Shown: in pieces, positions 55,710 to 64,000 of the stretch | How the letters are laid out: the number at the start of each line of letters is the position of its first letter | How positions within the stretch are numbered: position 1 is the first letter of the stretch | NCBI GenBank assembly: GCA_964291625.2 | Contig: OZ220089.1 | Coordinates: 3,712,001-3,776,000, forward strand | Source: Candidatus Latescibacterota bacterium | GTDB lineage: Bacteria > Latescibacterota > UBA2968 > UBA8231 | Direction: 5' to 3' | Length of the DNA: 64,000 nucleotides | Position numbers and translations under genes: made by a program | The notes under the pieces: generated by a model | Seen by the model: the letters and a program-made list of their open reading frames with translations, nothing else | Told to the model about the DNA's origin: nothing | Databases searched by the model: none

Positions 55710-56564
55710 TTGGCGGCCCTCTACCTGATCGACGGCAGCTTCGAGTTGTTCCGCTGCTACTACGGGGCCCCGCGGGCCCGCCTCGACGACGGCCGCGAGG
55801 TCGGCGCCGTGCGCGGGCTCTTCGAGACCCTGGCGTCGCTGCTGCGCGAGGAGGACCTGGTCTACACGGCGATGGCCTTCGACGAGGTGGAAGCCCTGCA
55901 GGCGCGGTCTTCCGAGGACACGGAGAACATCCACGCCCAGTATCCCCTCGCCGTCGAGACCGGCCTCGCCCTCGGCATCGACACCTGGGTCATGTCCGGG
56001 TACTCGGCCGACGACGCCATCGCCTCGGCGGCCCACCACTTCGGCCGGGCCGCGGAGCTGAGCCGCATCGTCATCTGCTCCACCGACAACGACTTCGCCC
56101 AGTGCGTCCGCGGCGACCGCGTGGTCCTGCTGAACCGCATCCGCAAGGTGTGCAGCGGCGAGGCCGAGGTGGAGCGGAAGTTCGGCGTGCCGCCTGCGCG
56201 CATCCCCGAGTACCTGGCCCTGGTGGGGGACAAGTCCGACGGCATCCCGGGGATCCCGGGGTTCGGGCCGCGCACGGCGGCGGCCGTCATCCGGCGCTTC
56301 GGCGCCATGGAGGAGATCCCGGTGGACGTCGATGAGTGGGACGTGGAGGTGCGCGGCCGGGAGCGGCTGGCCGCCACCTTCCGGGAGCGCCGGGCCGAGG
56401 CGATCGCCTACCGGGACGCCTCGATCAAGCGTCTCGACGCGCCCCTGCCCGGCTCCCTGGAGGAGCTGCGCTACCACGGCGCCCACCGCCCGAGTGTCGA
56501 GGCCTTGGCCGCCGCGGTGGAGGCTCCCGGTCTCCTGAACCGGACCGTGCGCTATCCGGACTGA
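55710..56564 (+). CDS. Stand-alone 5'-3' exonuclease / flap endonuclease
   Basis: YLIDG, SADDAIAS, STDNDFAQ, H3TH LVGDKSDGIPGIPGFGPRTA. Confidence 0.9.
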   Translation: MAALYLIDGSFELFRCYYGAPRARLDDGREVGAVRGLFETLASLLREEDLVYTAMAFDEVEALQARSSEDTENIHAQYPLAVETGLALGIDTWVMSGYSADDAIASAAHHFGRAAELSRIVICSTDNDFAQCVRGDRVVLLNRIRKVCSGEAEVERKFGVPPARIPEYLALVGDKSDGIPGIPGFGPRTAAAVIRRFGAMEEIPVDVDEWDVEVRGRERLAATFRERRAEAIAYRDASIKRLDAPLPGSLEELRYHGAHRPSVEALAAAVEAPGLLNRTVRYPD

Positions 56565-56582
56565 GCGCGGGTCCGTCCGGCT

Positions 56583-57053
56583 TCAGTCGTAGATCCCCAG
56601 CAGCTCCACCCGGAAGATCAGCACCGAGCAGCGCGGGATCCTGCCGCCGCCGGCGCCCTTCCTTCCGTAGGCGAGGCCGGGCGGGATGGTCAGCTTCGCC
56701 TCGCCGCCGCCGCGCAGCCGCTGCAGCCCCTCGGTCCAGCCGGGGATCACCTCCGACAGCTCGAACTCCTCCGGCCGGCCGCGCTCGTACGAGCTGTCGA
56801 AGACGGTGCCGTCGGGAAGCCGGCCCTCGTAGTGGACCTGCACCCGGTTGCCGGCCTCCGGCCGGGTGCCGTACCCGGCCTTCAGCTCGCGGTAGACGAG
56901 GCCGGACTCGGTGCGCACGGCGCCCGGCTCGGCGGCGGCGCGGTCGAGGATCTCCTGGTTCTCCGGGGTGTCGCAGGGGTCGTCGCAGGCGGCGGCGACC
57001 AGGGCCGCCAGGGCCAGGGCGGCCAGCGGCAACAGACGGGTCGGTGCAGGCAT
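56583..57053 (-). CDS. FKBP-type peptidyl-prolyl isomerase, lipoprotein
   Basis: Lipobox-like VAAAC; TESGL.Y, VHYEGRLPDGTVFDSS, VIPGWTEGL, IPPGLAYG. Confidence 0.93.
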   Translation of the reverse strand: MPAPTRLLPLAALALAALVAAACDDPCDTPENQEILDRAAAEPGAVRTESGLVYRELKAGYGTRPEAGNRVQVHYEGRLPDGTVFDSSYERGRPEEFELSEVIPGWTEGLQRLRGGGEAKLTIPPGLAYGRKGAGGGRIPRCSVLIFRVELLGIYD

Positions 57054-57116
57054 GGATCACCTCGCGGGTTGGGCTGTGACGTTGGGCCGGGCGTCCGGCG
57101 GCGGACGAGCTCCCGG

Positions 57117-58151
57117 TCAGCCGAGGACGCTGCGCAGGGTGTGGGCGAAGTCGTCCACGTCCTCCTCGGTGGTGTCCCACGAGGCCATCCAGCGGACCTC
57201 GCCGGACTCCTCGTCCCACACGGCGAAGCGCGCCAGGCGGCGCAGCCTTTCCAGGCGGTCGAGGGGCACCCGCGCAAAGACGGCGCTGGCCTGGGTCGGC
57301 CGCGAGATGCGCAGGCCGGGCAGGTCGTGGACGGCGTCGTGGAGGCGGCGGGCCATGGCGTTGGCGTGGGAGGCGATCCGCAGCCACAGGTCGTCCTCGA
57401 GGAGGGCGAGGAACTGGGCGCTGAGGAAGCGCATCTTCGAGGCCAGCTGCAGGCCCTGCTTGTGGACGTAGGCCAGGCGGCCGGCCAGGGAGGGGTCGAA
57501 GTAGACCACGGCCTCGCCGACCATGAGGCCGCACTTGGTGCCGCCGAAGCTGAGGAGGTCGACGCCGGCGTCGGCGGTGATCGCGCGCAGGCCCAGGCCC
57601 AGGGAGGCGGCGGCGTTGGCCAGGCGCGCCCCGTCCATGTGCAGGAGCCAGCCGCGCTCGTGGACGGCGTCGGCCAGGGCCCGCAACTCGCCGAGGGTGT
57701 AGACCGTGCCCAGCTCGGTGGCCTGCGTGATCGACAGCAGGCGCGGCTTCGACTGGTGGGGCTCGGCGTGGCCCTCGGGCACCTGCTCCAGGCAGGCCGG
57801 GTCGAGCTTGCCGTCCTCCGACTCCACCACCAGAACGCGGCAGCCGGCGAAGCGCTCGATGGCGCCGCACTCGTCGATGTGGATGTGCGAGGTGCGGGCG
57901 CTGACCACGGCCTGCCAGGCGTCGACGGCGCCGGCGGCGGCGACGACGTTGGCGGCAGTGCCGTTGAAGACGAGGTGGGTCACCGTCTCCGGGCCGAAGA
58001 TCTCCCGGAACCGGTCGTGGACGGCGGCGGTGAGGGGATCGCCCCCGTACGAGGGCACGTGCCCCCGGTTCGCCTCGGCGATGGCCTCCATCACCCGGGG
58101 GTGGATGCCGGCCTCGTTGTCGCTGCAGAACTGGCGTCGGTCGTCGCTCAT
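57117..58151 (-). CDS. Low-specificity L-threonine aldolase family (PLP)
   Basis: FCSDN, VFNGTAAN, DECGA, TQATELGTVY, LHMDGARLANA, SFGGTKCG, SKMRF. Confidence 0.9.
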   Translation of the reverse strand: MSDDRRQFCSDNEAGIHPRVMEAIAEANRGHVPSYGGDPLTAAVHDRFREIFGPETVTHLVFNGTAANVVAAAGAVDAWQAVVSARTSHIHIDECGAIERFAGCRVLVVESEDGKLDPACLEQVPEGHAEPHQSKPRLLSITQATELGTVYTLGELRALADAVHERGWLLHMDGARLANAAASLGLGLRAITADAGVDLLSFGGTKCGLMVGEAVVYFDPSLAGRLAYVHKQGLQLASKMRFLSAQFLALLEDDLWLRIASHANAMARRLHDAVHDLPGLRISRPTQASAVFARVPLDRLERLRRLARFAVWDEESGEVRWMASWDTTEEDVDDFAHTLRSVLG

Positions 58152-58444
58152 GGGACACATCATCTTCAACAGGCGGGTGTCGCGCAAGGGTGCGGAGGAT
58201 CCGGTCCGCGAGGGACTGGCACGCACCTTGCATGGTCCGGGGCGAAGGAGCCACGGTCCTTCCCGCCCCGGCGGGTGAAGAGGGCCGCGAGAGAGGCGCC
58301 GAGGAAGGCGAGCCGGACGCAGCACGCAAAGATTGCCATCGGCCGGCTCCGTTCACGGCAGGAATTGCACCGCTCGTGATCGGGCTCCGCTGTCATGCCA
58401 CCGGCGGCTACGGGGGGCCGCGCAGATGAGAGGAGTCATGAGAG

Positions 58445-58537
58445 ATGCGACGGGAGCTTGTGAATCAGGCCCTGGTGTACGGTCTGGTCGGCGTTCTCGT
58501 CATCCTCGTCTTTCCCGTCTTCAGCCGCATCGTCTGA
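58445..58537 (+). CDS. Putative 30-aa membrane peptide
   Basis: GAGGAG 9 nt upstream; MRRELVNQALVYGLVGVLVILVFPVFSRIV. Confidence 0.5.
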   Translation: MRRELVNQALVYGLVGVLVILVFPVFSRIV

Positions 58538-58658
58538 GCGACGGCCGGAGAGCGAAGGAGGATGGCGGGGGGCCGCCGGCCCGCCCGCTACACGGGATCA
58601 TCGTGACGGCGGAGGGACCGCCGTCGACATCGCACCCACAGACTCGAAGGAGATCGAC

Positions 58659-58802
58659 ATGCGTCTTGTCCATACGGGCATCCGTCCATCGCGTCGTGTC
58701 GCCGAGAGCCTGGCGCGCGTGCTGTGGTGGATGCTCGCCCTGACGGCGGCATACTCCGTGGCCAGCGATCCCGGAACCTTGCTCGCCGTGGTCCCCGGGT
58801 GA
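58659..58802 (+). CDS. Putative 47-aa membrane peptide
   Basis: AAGGAG 6 nt upstream; MRLVHTGIRPSRRVAESLARVLWWMLALTAAYSVASDPGTLLAVVPG. Confidence 0.5.
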   Translation: MRLVHTGIRPSRRVAESLARVLWWMLALTAAYSVASDPGTLLAVVPG

Positions 58803-58818
58803 CCGCCCGGCCGTAGCC

Positions 58819-59832
58819 GTGGACGATTCCCGGATCGAGGGGCTGCTCGACGCCGTGCCCGCCCTGGCGGTGCTGGCCGGGCTGCGCCTCGACCTGTTCA
58901 GTCACGTGGCCGACACGCCGCGGACGGCGGCCGAGGCCGCCGCCCGGATCGGCGGCGACGAGCGCCGCCTGGAGAGCCTCCTGCACGCGCTGGCCGCCCT
59001 CGACCTGCTCGAGGTGCGGCCGGCCGGCGGGGGGGGGCCGCCGCGGTTCCTCTGCCGGCCGGCGGCCGCCCGCCGCCTGGCCGCCGCCGGCGAGGACTAC
59101 GCCGGCCACGGCCGCGAGCTGGCCGCCCGCCTCTGGGGCGCCGGTCTCACCGTGGCCGATTCCATCCGCCAGGGGGCGGCCACGGCCCCCCAAGCCGCAG
59201 GGGGCGACTCCGCCGAGGAGACCGCCGCCTTCCTGCGCGCCCTGCACCCCGGGGCCCTCCGGACCGGCCGGGAGATCGCCCGCCGCGGCTGGCTCGCCGG
59301 CTGCCGCCGCATCGTCGACGCCGGCGGCGGCTCCGGCGGTCTGGCCGCGGCCCTGCACCAGGACCTGCCCGGATCGGAGGTCTGCGTGGTCGAGCGCGGG
59401 TCGGCGGCCCCCTGGACGCGGCGTCTCCTCGAGGAGGAGGGCGCCGCCGGCGTGCGCGTCGTCGAGGGGGATCTCGCGGCCGGGGGCTCCGGCCTGGAGG
59501 ACGGGCTCGACCTGCCCTGCGACGGCGTCGTCTGCCTCTCCTTCCTGCAGGTCCTCGGGCCGGAGGATGCGGCCCGGGTGATCGCCCGCATCGCCGGCTG
59601 GCTGCGCCCCGGCGGCCGCCTGGTGATCGCCGGCATGGGGGTCCTGGGCGACGACCGCCTCTCCCCCCGCGACTCGGCGGTCCACAACATCCTCCTCGGC
59701 ACCCTCTACGAGGACGGCCGCGGCTACACCCTCTCCGAGCACAGCCGCTGGCTCGAGGCGGCCGGATTCACCGCCGTCGAGTGGGACGAGCTGACCGACG
59801 GCCGCGGCGCCGTCCGCGCCGTCAGAAGATGA
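58819..59832 (+). CDS. SAM-dependent O-methyltransferase (dimerisation + Methyltransf_2)
   Basis: GLRLDLFS dimerisation domain; VDAGGGSG; WLRPGGRLVI; LEAAGF. Confidence 0.88.
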   Translation: MDDSRIEGLLDAVPALAVLAGLRLDLFSHVADTPRTAAEAAARIGGDERRLESLLHALAALDLLEVRPAGGGGPPRFLCRPAAARRLAAAGEDYAGHGRELAARLWGAGLTVADSIRQGAATAPQAAGGDSAEETAAFLRALHPGALRTGREIARRGWLAGCRRIVDAGGGSGGLAAALHQDLPGSEVCVVERGSAAPWTRRLLEEEGAAGVRVVEGDLAAGGSGLEDGLDLPCDGVVCLSFLQVLGPEDAARVIARIAGWLRPGGRLVIAGMGVLGDDRLSPRDSAVHNILLGTLYEDGRGYTLSEHSRWLEAAGFTAVEWDELTDGRGAVRAVRR

Positions 59833-60880
59833 ACTCCGCGTTGCGGTAGTCCTCGGGCAGATCGGGGATCCCGTCCTCGAACCCGATCCGCCGCCCCAGC
59901 TCGCAACTGCGGTAGAAGGCCAGTCCCAGCCCCACGTTCTCCAGGCCGTTGCGCCCGGAGTTCTCCGGCTCCTCCACCTCGCCGCGCACCGCCGCCAGCA
60001 GGTCCGCCAACTCCAGCCGGTAGGCGTTGGCCCCGTCCTCGGGCGGGACTTCCTCCGGCTCTTCGGCGCCGGACCGGTAGAGCACCACCGGCTGGCCCCA
60101 GGCGTCGAAGCGCATCCCGCCCTCGGTGCCGGCGATCCAGTGACCGCGCGTGGGCAGGCCCACGGTGGAGCCGGTACGCGCCGTCACCAGACCTCCCGAC
60201 TCGAAACGCACGAGGCCGCACACGATCTGCGGGCTCATCCAGTCCCCGTGAGGCTGGTTGCCGGCGATCTCGGCGCTCACCGACGCCACCCGCCCGAAGA
60301 CGGCGCGCGAGCAGTCCAGCTCGTGGATGAACGATTCCAGCACCCGCCCCCCGGAGTTGGCCGGGCTCTCCCGCCAGTGCCCCGTCCGCGGGGACGCCGC
60401 CCCGGAGGAGCGCTTGGCGGACTTGCCCATGCGGTCGAAGCCGCCCGACACGGGCTCGCCGATGGCGCCCTCGGCCACCAGGCGGCGGACGGTGCGGTAG
60501 GTGCCGAAGAAGCGGATCGTGTGGCCGATGGCCAGCTTCACGCCCGCCTCCTCGCAGACCTCGATCATTCCCCGGCACGAGGCCAGGTCCAGGGCCATGG
60601 GCTTCTCGCAGAGCACGTGCTTGCCCGCCTCCGCGGCGCGCGCGGCGAGCTCCGGATGGCTCGGCGTGGGAGTGCCGATGACGACGACGTCCACGTCGGA
60701 GTCCAGCAGCTCCTCGAGGCTGGTCACGGCCTGCGCCCCGGCCTCTTCCGCCCGGGCCCGCGCCGCCTCCGGGTCGAGGTCGAAGGTGACTGTCAGGTCG
60801 CACTCCGGATGCTCTCCCACGGCCTTGAGCCAGGCGCCGGCGATGTTGCCGCAGCCGATCAGCCCGATGCGGTGTCTCAT
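59822..60880 (-). CDS. Gfo/Idh/MocA oxidoreductase
   Basis: IGLIGCGNIA, GTPTPSH, GKHVLCEKP, SGG....FIHELD. Confidence 0.92.
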   Translation of the reverse strand: MRHRIGLIGCGNIAGAWLKAVGEHPECDLTVTFDLDPEAARARAEEAGAQAVTSLEELLDSDVDVVVIGTPTPSHPELAARAAEAGKHVLCEKPMALDLASCRGMIEVCEEAGVKLAIGHTIRFFGTYRTVRRLVAEGAIGEPVSGGFDRMGKSAKRSSGAASPRTGHWRESPANSGGRVLESFIHELDCSRAVFGRVASVSAEIAGNQPHGDWMSPQIVCGLVRFESGGLVTARTGSTVGLPTRGHWIAGTEGGMRFDAWGQPVVLYRSGAEEPEEVPPEDGANAYRLELADLLAAVRGEVEEPENSGRNGLENVGLGLAFYRSCELGRRIGFEDGIPDLPEDYRNAEFIF

Positions 60881-60917
60881 CTGTGTGATCCCGTCGTGAT
60901 TGACTATCGTTGGTCCC

Positions 60918-62923
60918 ATGGCGAACGAGTCTACCCCATCCCCGCCGCCGGTTCCAGCCCCCCGGTAGATCCCGTGGCCTCCGACCTCGAACAGGGCCTC
61001 GCCGAGGCCCGGGAAAACCTCGGGGAGATCTTCGCCCGCTACGACGAGGCCGCCGTCGAGCTGATCCGCATCGCCCGGCTGGACGGCCACTTCGCCGGCC
61101 GCGCCGAGGCCGACCTCGAGTGGCCGGCGTACCGGCCCGACGAGGACCCTCCCATCGATCGGCCCGGCCTGGAGCGGCGCGCCGCTCTCATCGCCGAAAT
61201 CTCCGCCGGCATCCCGCCGCGCCGCGAGCGAAGGCTCTCCGACGCCTACGGGCGCTACGGCGAGACCCGGCCCGCCTACCTGCGCAGCGTGCGCCGCTTC
61301 CTGCAGGTGCAGCGCCAGTTCGTCGCCCACGGCGCCGGGGACGAGCGCGAGTTCGGGGAGCTGTACGGGGTCGTCTACATCGAGGCCCTCGGCCGCGAGG
61401 ACCCGCTCCCCCTCGACGAGGGGGAGGCCGCCCTGGTGGAGTTCAAGGTCGCCCGCGCCCCGCTGGCCCACGCCGCGGCGGTGGTGGAGAAGCTCCGGCC
61501 CGCCCCGGCCGCCGACGATCCCCGCTGGGAGGCCGTGTACGAGTGGTCGGTCGACGGCGAGCGCGGCGCGGCGCCGCTGCGCGAGTTGCTCACCGAGATC
61601 GCCGGGGACGTGGTCGACTTCCTGGCCGCCGGCGAGCACCTGGCGATCCGCTACAACACCTTCTCCAACTTCATCTGGTTCGGCATCTCCGTGTGGAAGA
61701 CGGTCTGCGAGCTGGAGCTGCTCGCCGCCCGGCTGCGGGGTCATGCGCCGACGAAGTGGCTCGACCCCCTCGAGGAGCACGTGCGCCTCGCCCAGGCGCT
61801 GCTGCTGCGCTTCCTCCAGGCCCACCTGGAGGACCCGGCCCAGATACGCCCCAAGGACTACTGGTACGGGCAGCGCTACAGCTATCTGACGCGCGACATG
61901 ATCGACCTCACCCGCGGCCTCGTGCGCAACGCCGAGCGCCTGCGCGCCCGCTGCGGCAAGGAGCTGCCCGCCGTCGGGCTGCCGCCGCTGCTGGACGGGA
62001 CCTCCTCGGGGAGGTGGCACGAGTATCCCCACGTGGGCCCGCGGGCGGAGTACTCGCGCCTGGCGCGGGCCCGGCGCCTGCTGAAGTGGGTGCGTCTCTT
62101 CCGCCGCACGGCCCGCGTCAAGAGGCGCCTCGACCGCTCCAGGCTGGCCGACGCCGAGCGCCACGCCGCCGCCTGGGAGGCGAACCTCGAGTGGGCCCGG
62201 GACAGCCTGGAGAACTTCGGGATCACCGTCTCGGTGACGATCGACCCCGACTTCGCCGACGTGGCCCGCGAGCTGGACCTGGGGCCGAAGGGCCGCAAGG
62301 TCGTGTTCTTCCCCACCCACCAGACCCTCCTCGACCACCCGGTCCTCTACCGGGCCCTGGAGTCGGAGGAGCTGCTGGCCGCCATGGGCTGGTCGGCGAC
62401 CGTGCCCTGCTGCCTGCTGTCCCGGGGCCGGCTGCTGTCGCAGACGGCGGTGAAGGTGAAGGGCCGGGAGTTCTCCCTCATCGGGGTGAGCCCCGAGGAG
62501 ACGGACCGCTTCGCCGAGGAGGTGGACGGCTACGTGGTGCTCTCCCGGGACGAGGGGGGCTCGCCGACGCGGCGTTTCGCCCGGGTCATCGAGGACCGGC
62601 CCGGCGTCGTCTACGGCGCCGGCACGACCTCGGCCTTCGACCTGCAGGTGCTGCCCATGCAGCACGCCCTCTTCGCCCACCTGCCCCAGGACGTGGTCTT
62701 CGTGCCCGTCGCCTTCCGCGGCATCCACGCCCTGTGGCCGAAGTGCCCCCGGGGCAACGTCAACCTCCGGCCCGGACACGTTGAGGTCTACGTGTCGCCG
62801 CCGGTGCCCGGCGAGACGACGCTGCTGCCGCGCCGGCGGGCCCTGCGCACGCAGCTGGAGCCGGCCACCCTGTTCCAGGCGATCCACATCGCCACCCTGC
62901 TCGATCCGGGAGAGGAGAGCTGA
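60918..62923 (+). CDS. Large protein: unknown helical N-terminal region fused to a PlsC-like acyltransferase domain; probable 1-nt frameshift at C6 60958-60963 (otherwise GTG start at 60974)
   Basis: FFPTHQTLLD (HxxxxD), VVYGAGT (FPEGT-like), FVPVAFRG; long open frame with host codon usage. Confidence 0.72.
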
Positions 62924-63267
62924 TGCCCCTGACCTTCTACCTGTGGTTGCACTTGGCGGGCCTCGGCCTGATGCTGCTGGCCCTCGGCGGCATGGCCCTG
63001 ATCGCCGGCGAGCGGAACCGCATGCTCGCCGCCGCCCACGGCGCCGGCCTGCTCCTGTCCCTGGTGAGCGGCTTCGGCCTGCTGGCCAAGGCCGGGATCC
63101 ACTGGCCGTGGCCGGGGTGGGTCTGGGGCAAGATCCTGCTGTGGCTGGTGCTCGGCGCCGTCCCGGCGGCGATGCGGCGGATGCAGGGGCGGGCGGCCAC
63201 CCTCTTCTGGGGCCTGTGGGCGCTGTTCCTGCTGAGCGCCTGGCTGGCGGTGCACAAGCCCTTCTGA
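62923..63267 (+). CDS. Small 4-TM membrane protein (SirB2/DUF2269-like)
   Basis: WLHL, AHGAGLLL.LVSGFGLL, WVWGKILLW, C-terminal HKPF; TGATG coupling. Confidence 0.8.
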   Translation: MPLTFYLWLHLAGLGLMLLALGGMALIAGERNRMLAAAHGAGLLLSLVSGFGLLAKAGIHWPWPGWVWGKILLWLVLGAVPAAMRRMQGRAATLFWGLWALFLLSAWLAVHKPF

Positions 63268-63286
63268 GCGCCGGCTGGCGCCCTCG

Positions 63287-64000
63287 TCAGACCGGCAGCT
63301 CGACCCCGAAGCCGGGGCCGCCCGTCCAGCGCGCCCGCCCGCCGCGCAGCTCCCGCCCGCCGACCCACTCCATCCACGGGCGCCCGCTCTCGGCCAGGGG
63401 CTCCGGGTCGAGGGCGGCGACGGCGTGCAGCCCCCAGACCTCGGATCCGCGGTGGGGGCAGACGCGCACGCCGTGGTCCCGCGCCAGCCGGTAGATCTCC
63501 ACGAGCTGGGTCAGCCCCCCGCACCAACAGACGTCGGGCTGGTAGATCCGGTGGCAGCCGCGGTCCATCAGCTCGGCGAAGGCCCGGGCCGTGAACTCGT
63601 GCTCGCCGCCGGCGATCGGCACCGGCGAGCGCTGCGTCAGCCAGGCGTAGCCGTCGAGGTCGTCGGAGGGCAGGGGCTCCTCGAGCCACACCAGGCCGAG
63701 ATCGGCCACCTCCTCGCACAGGGCCAGCACGCGGGCGGGGTCGGACCAGCCCATGCCGGCGTCGGCCATGAGCTGGACCCCGCCGCCGGCGCGCTCGCGG
63801 GCGCGGCGCAGGAGGTCGGCGGTGTTCTCGTCCGGGCCGCCGGAGCCAGCGATCCCGCCGAGCTTCACGGCGCCAAAGCCGGCCCCCAGGGCCTCGGCGA
63901 TGCCCTCGAAGCCGTCGGCCCCGTCGAGGCCGGTCGTGCTGTAGGCGGGGACCTCGGCGGCGGGGTCCTCGGCCAGCAGGGCGGCCACGGGCAGGCCCGC
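63287..64000 (-). CDS. Mandelate racemase/enolase-superfamily dehydratase (rhamnonate dehydratase-like); 5'-truncated by window edge
   Basis: LMADA, WLEEPL, IAGGEHEFT, QPDVCWCGG, VCPHRG, PGFGVEL. Confidence 0.88.
   Translation of the reverse strand, partial: AGLPVAALLAEDPAAEVPAYSTTGLDGADGFEGIAEALGAGFGAVKLGGIAGSGGPDENTADLLRRARERAGGGVQLMADAGMGWSDPARVLALCEEVADLGLVWLEEPLPSDDLDGYAWLTQRSPVPIAGGEHEFTARAFAELMDRGCHRIYQPDVCWCGGLTQLVEIYRLARDHGVRVCPHRGSEVWGLHAVAALDPEPLAESGRPWMEWVGGRELRGGRARWTGGPGFGVELPV

Noticed and set aside
57117-58151. Possible threonine-phosphate decarboxylase for the B12 pathway
   Set aside because: Motifs (SDN, HMDGAR, GGTK) are threonine aldolase type and the gene is unlinked to the B12 operon.
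58166-58396. Minus-strand 76-aa Cys-containing ORF
   Set aside because: No clear RBS or motif; insufficient support.
1-64000. Many long overlapping or antisense ORFs (e.g. 241-1758, 8222-10441, 12894-15200, 41344-43473, 44474-46843)
   Set aside because: Arg/Pro/Gly/Ala-rich shadow frames expected in high-GC DNA; each overlaps a gene with clear family motifs.
1-64000. tRNA, rRNA, IS, integrase or prophage genes
   Set aside because: None recognisable by eye; a covariance-model scan would be needed to exclude small RNAs.

Overview
A very GC-rich bacterial chromosomal window with about 60 genes. I saw no rRNA, tRNA, CRISPR array, integrase or transposase. Three proteins carry a PNPFN/FlgD-Ig sorting-type domain and one has 12 YWTD repeats; with the TA, Fic and AAA genes this suggests (inference only) a Ca. 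Latescibacterota-like or other FCB-group host/sponge associate. Contents: (1) a cobalamin-riboswitch-led minus-strand corrinoid uptake/salvage operon (15.6 to 3.0 kb): BtuB-like receptor, FlgD-CTD beta-propeller, PduO, binding protein, permease, ATPase, signal-less BtuF-like protein, CbiZ, CbiB, interrupted by an antisense Fic gene; (2) an ABC-2 exporter / peptidase-propeller-barrel protein / sialidase run; (3) many catabolic and housekeeping genes (aminotransferases, rbsK, xth, FAH, PhyH, AKRs, DHDPS-like, sulfatase, comM, 5'-3' exonuclease, FKBP, threonine aldolase); (4) accessory genes (vapBC, hicBA, Fic, two AAA ATPases, patatin autotransporter, ECF sigma plus partner). Main unexplained pattern: at three places a decayed copy of a gene's 5' end sits upstream, then cargo DNA, then an intact copy of the same 5' end. 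This suggests a transposase-free way of inserting single genes into operons. Also found: two unannotated small membrane ORFs, a three-site LacI operator array, a decayed phosphotransferase and two probable homopolymer frameshifts.
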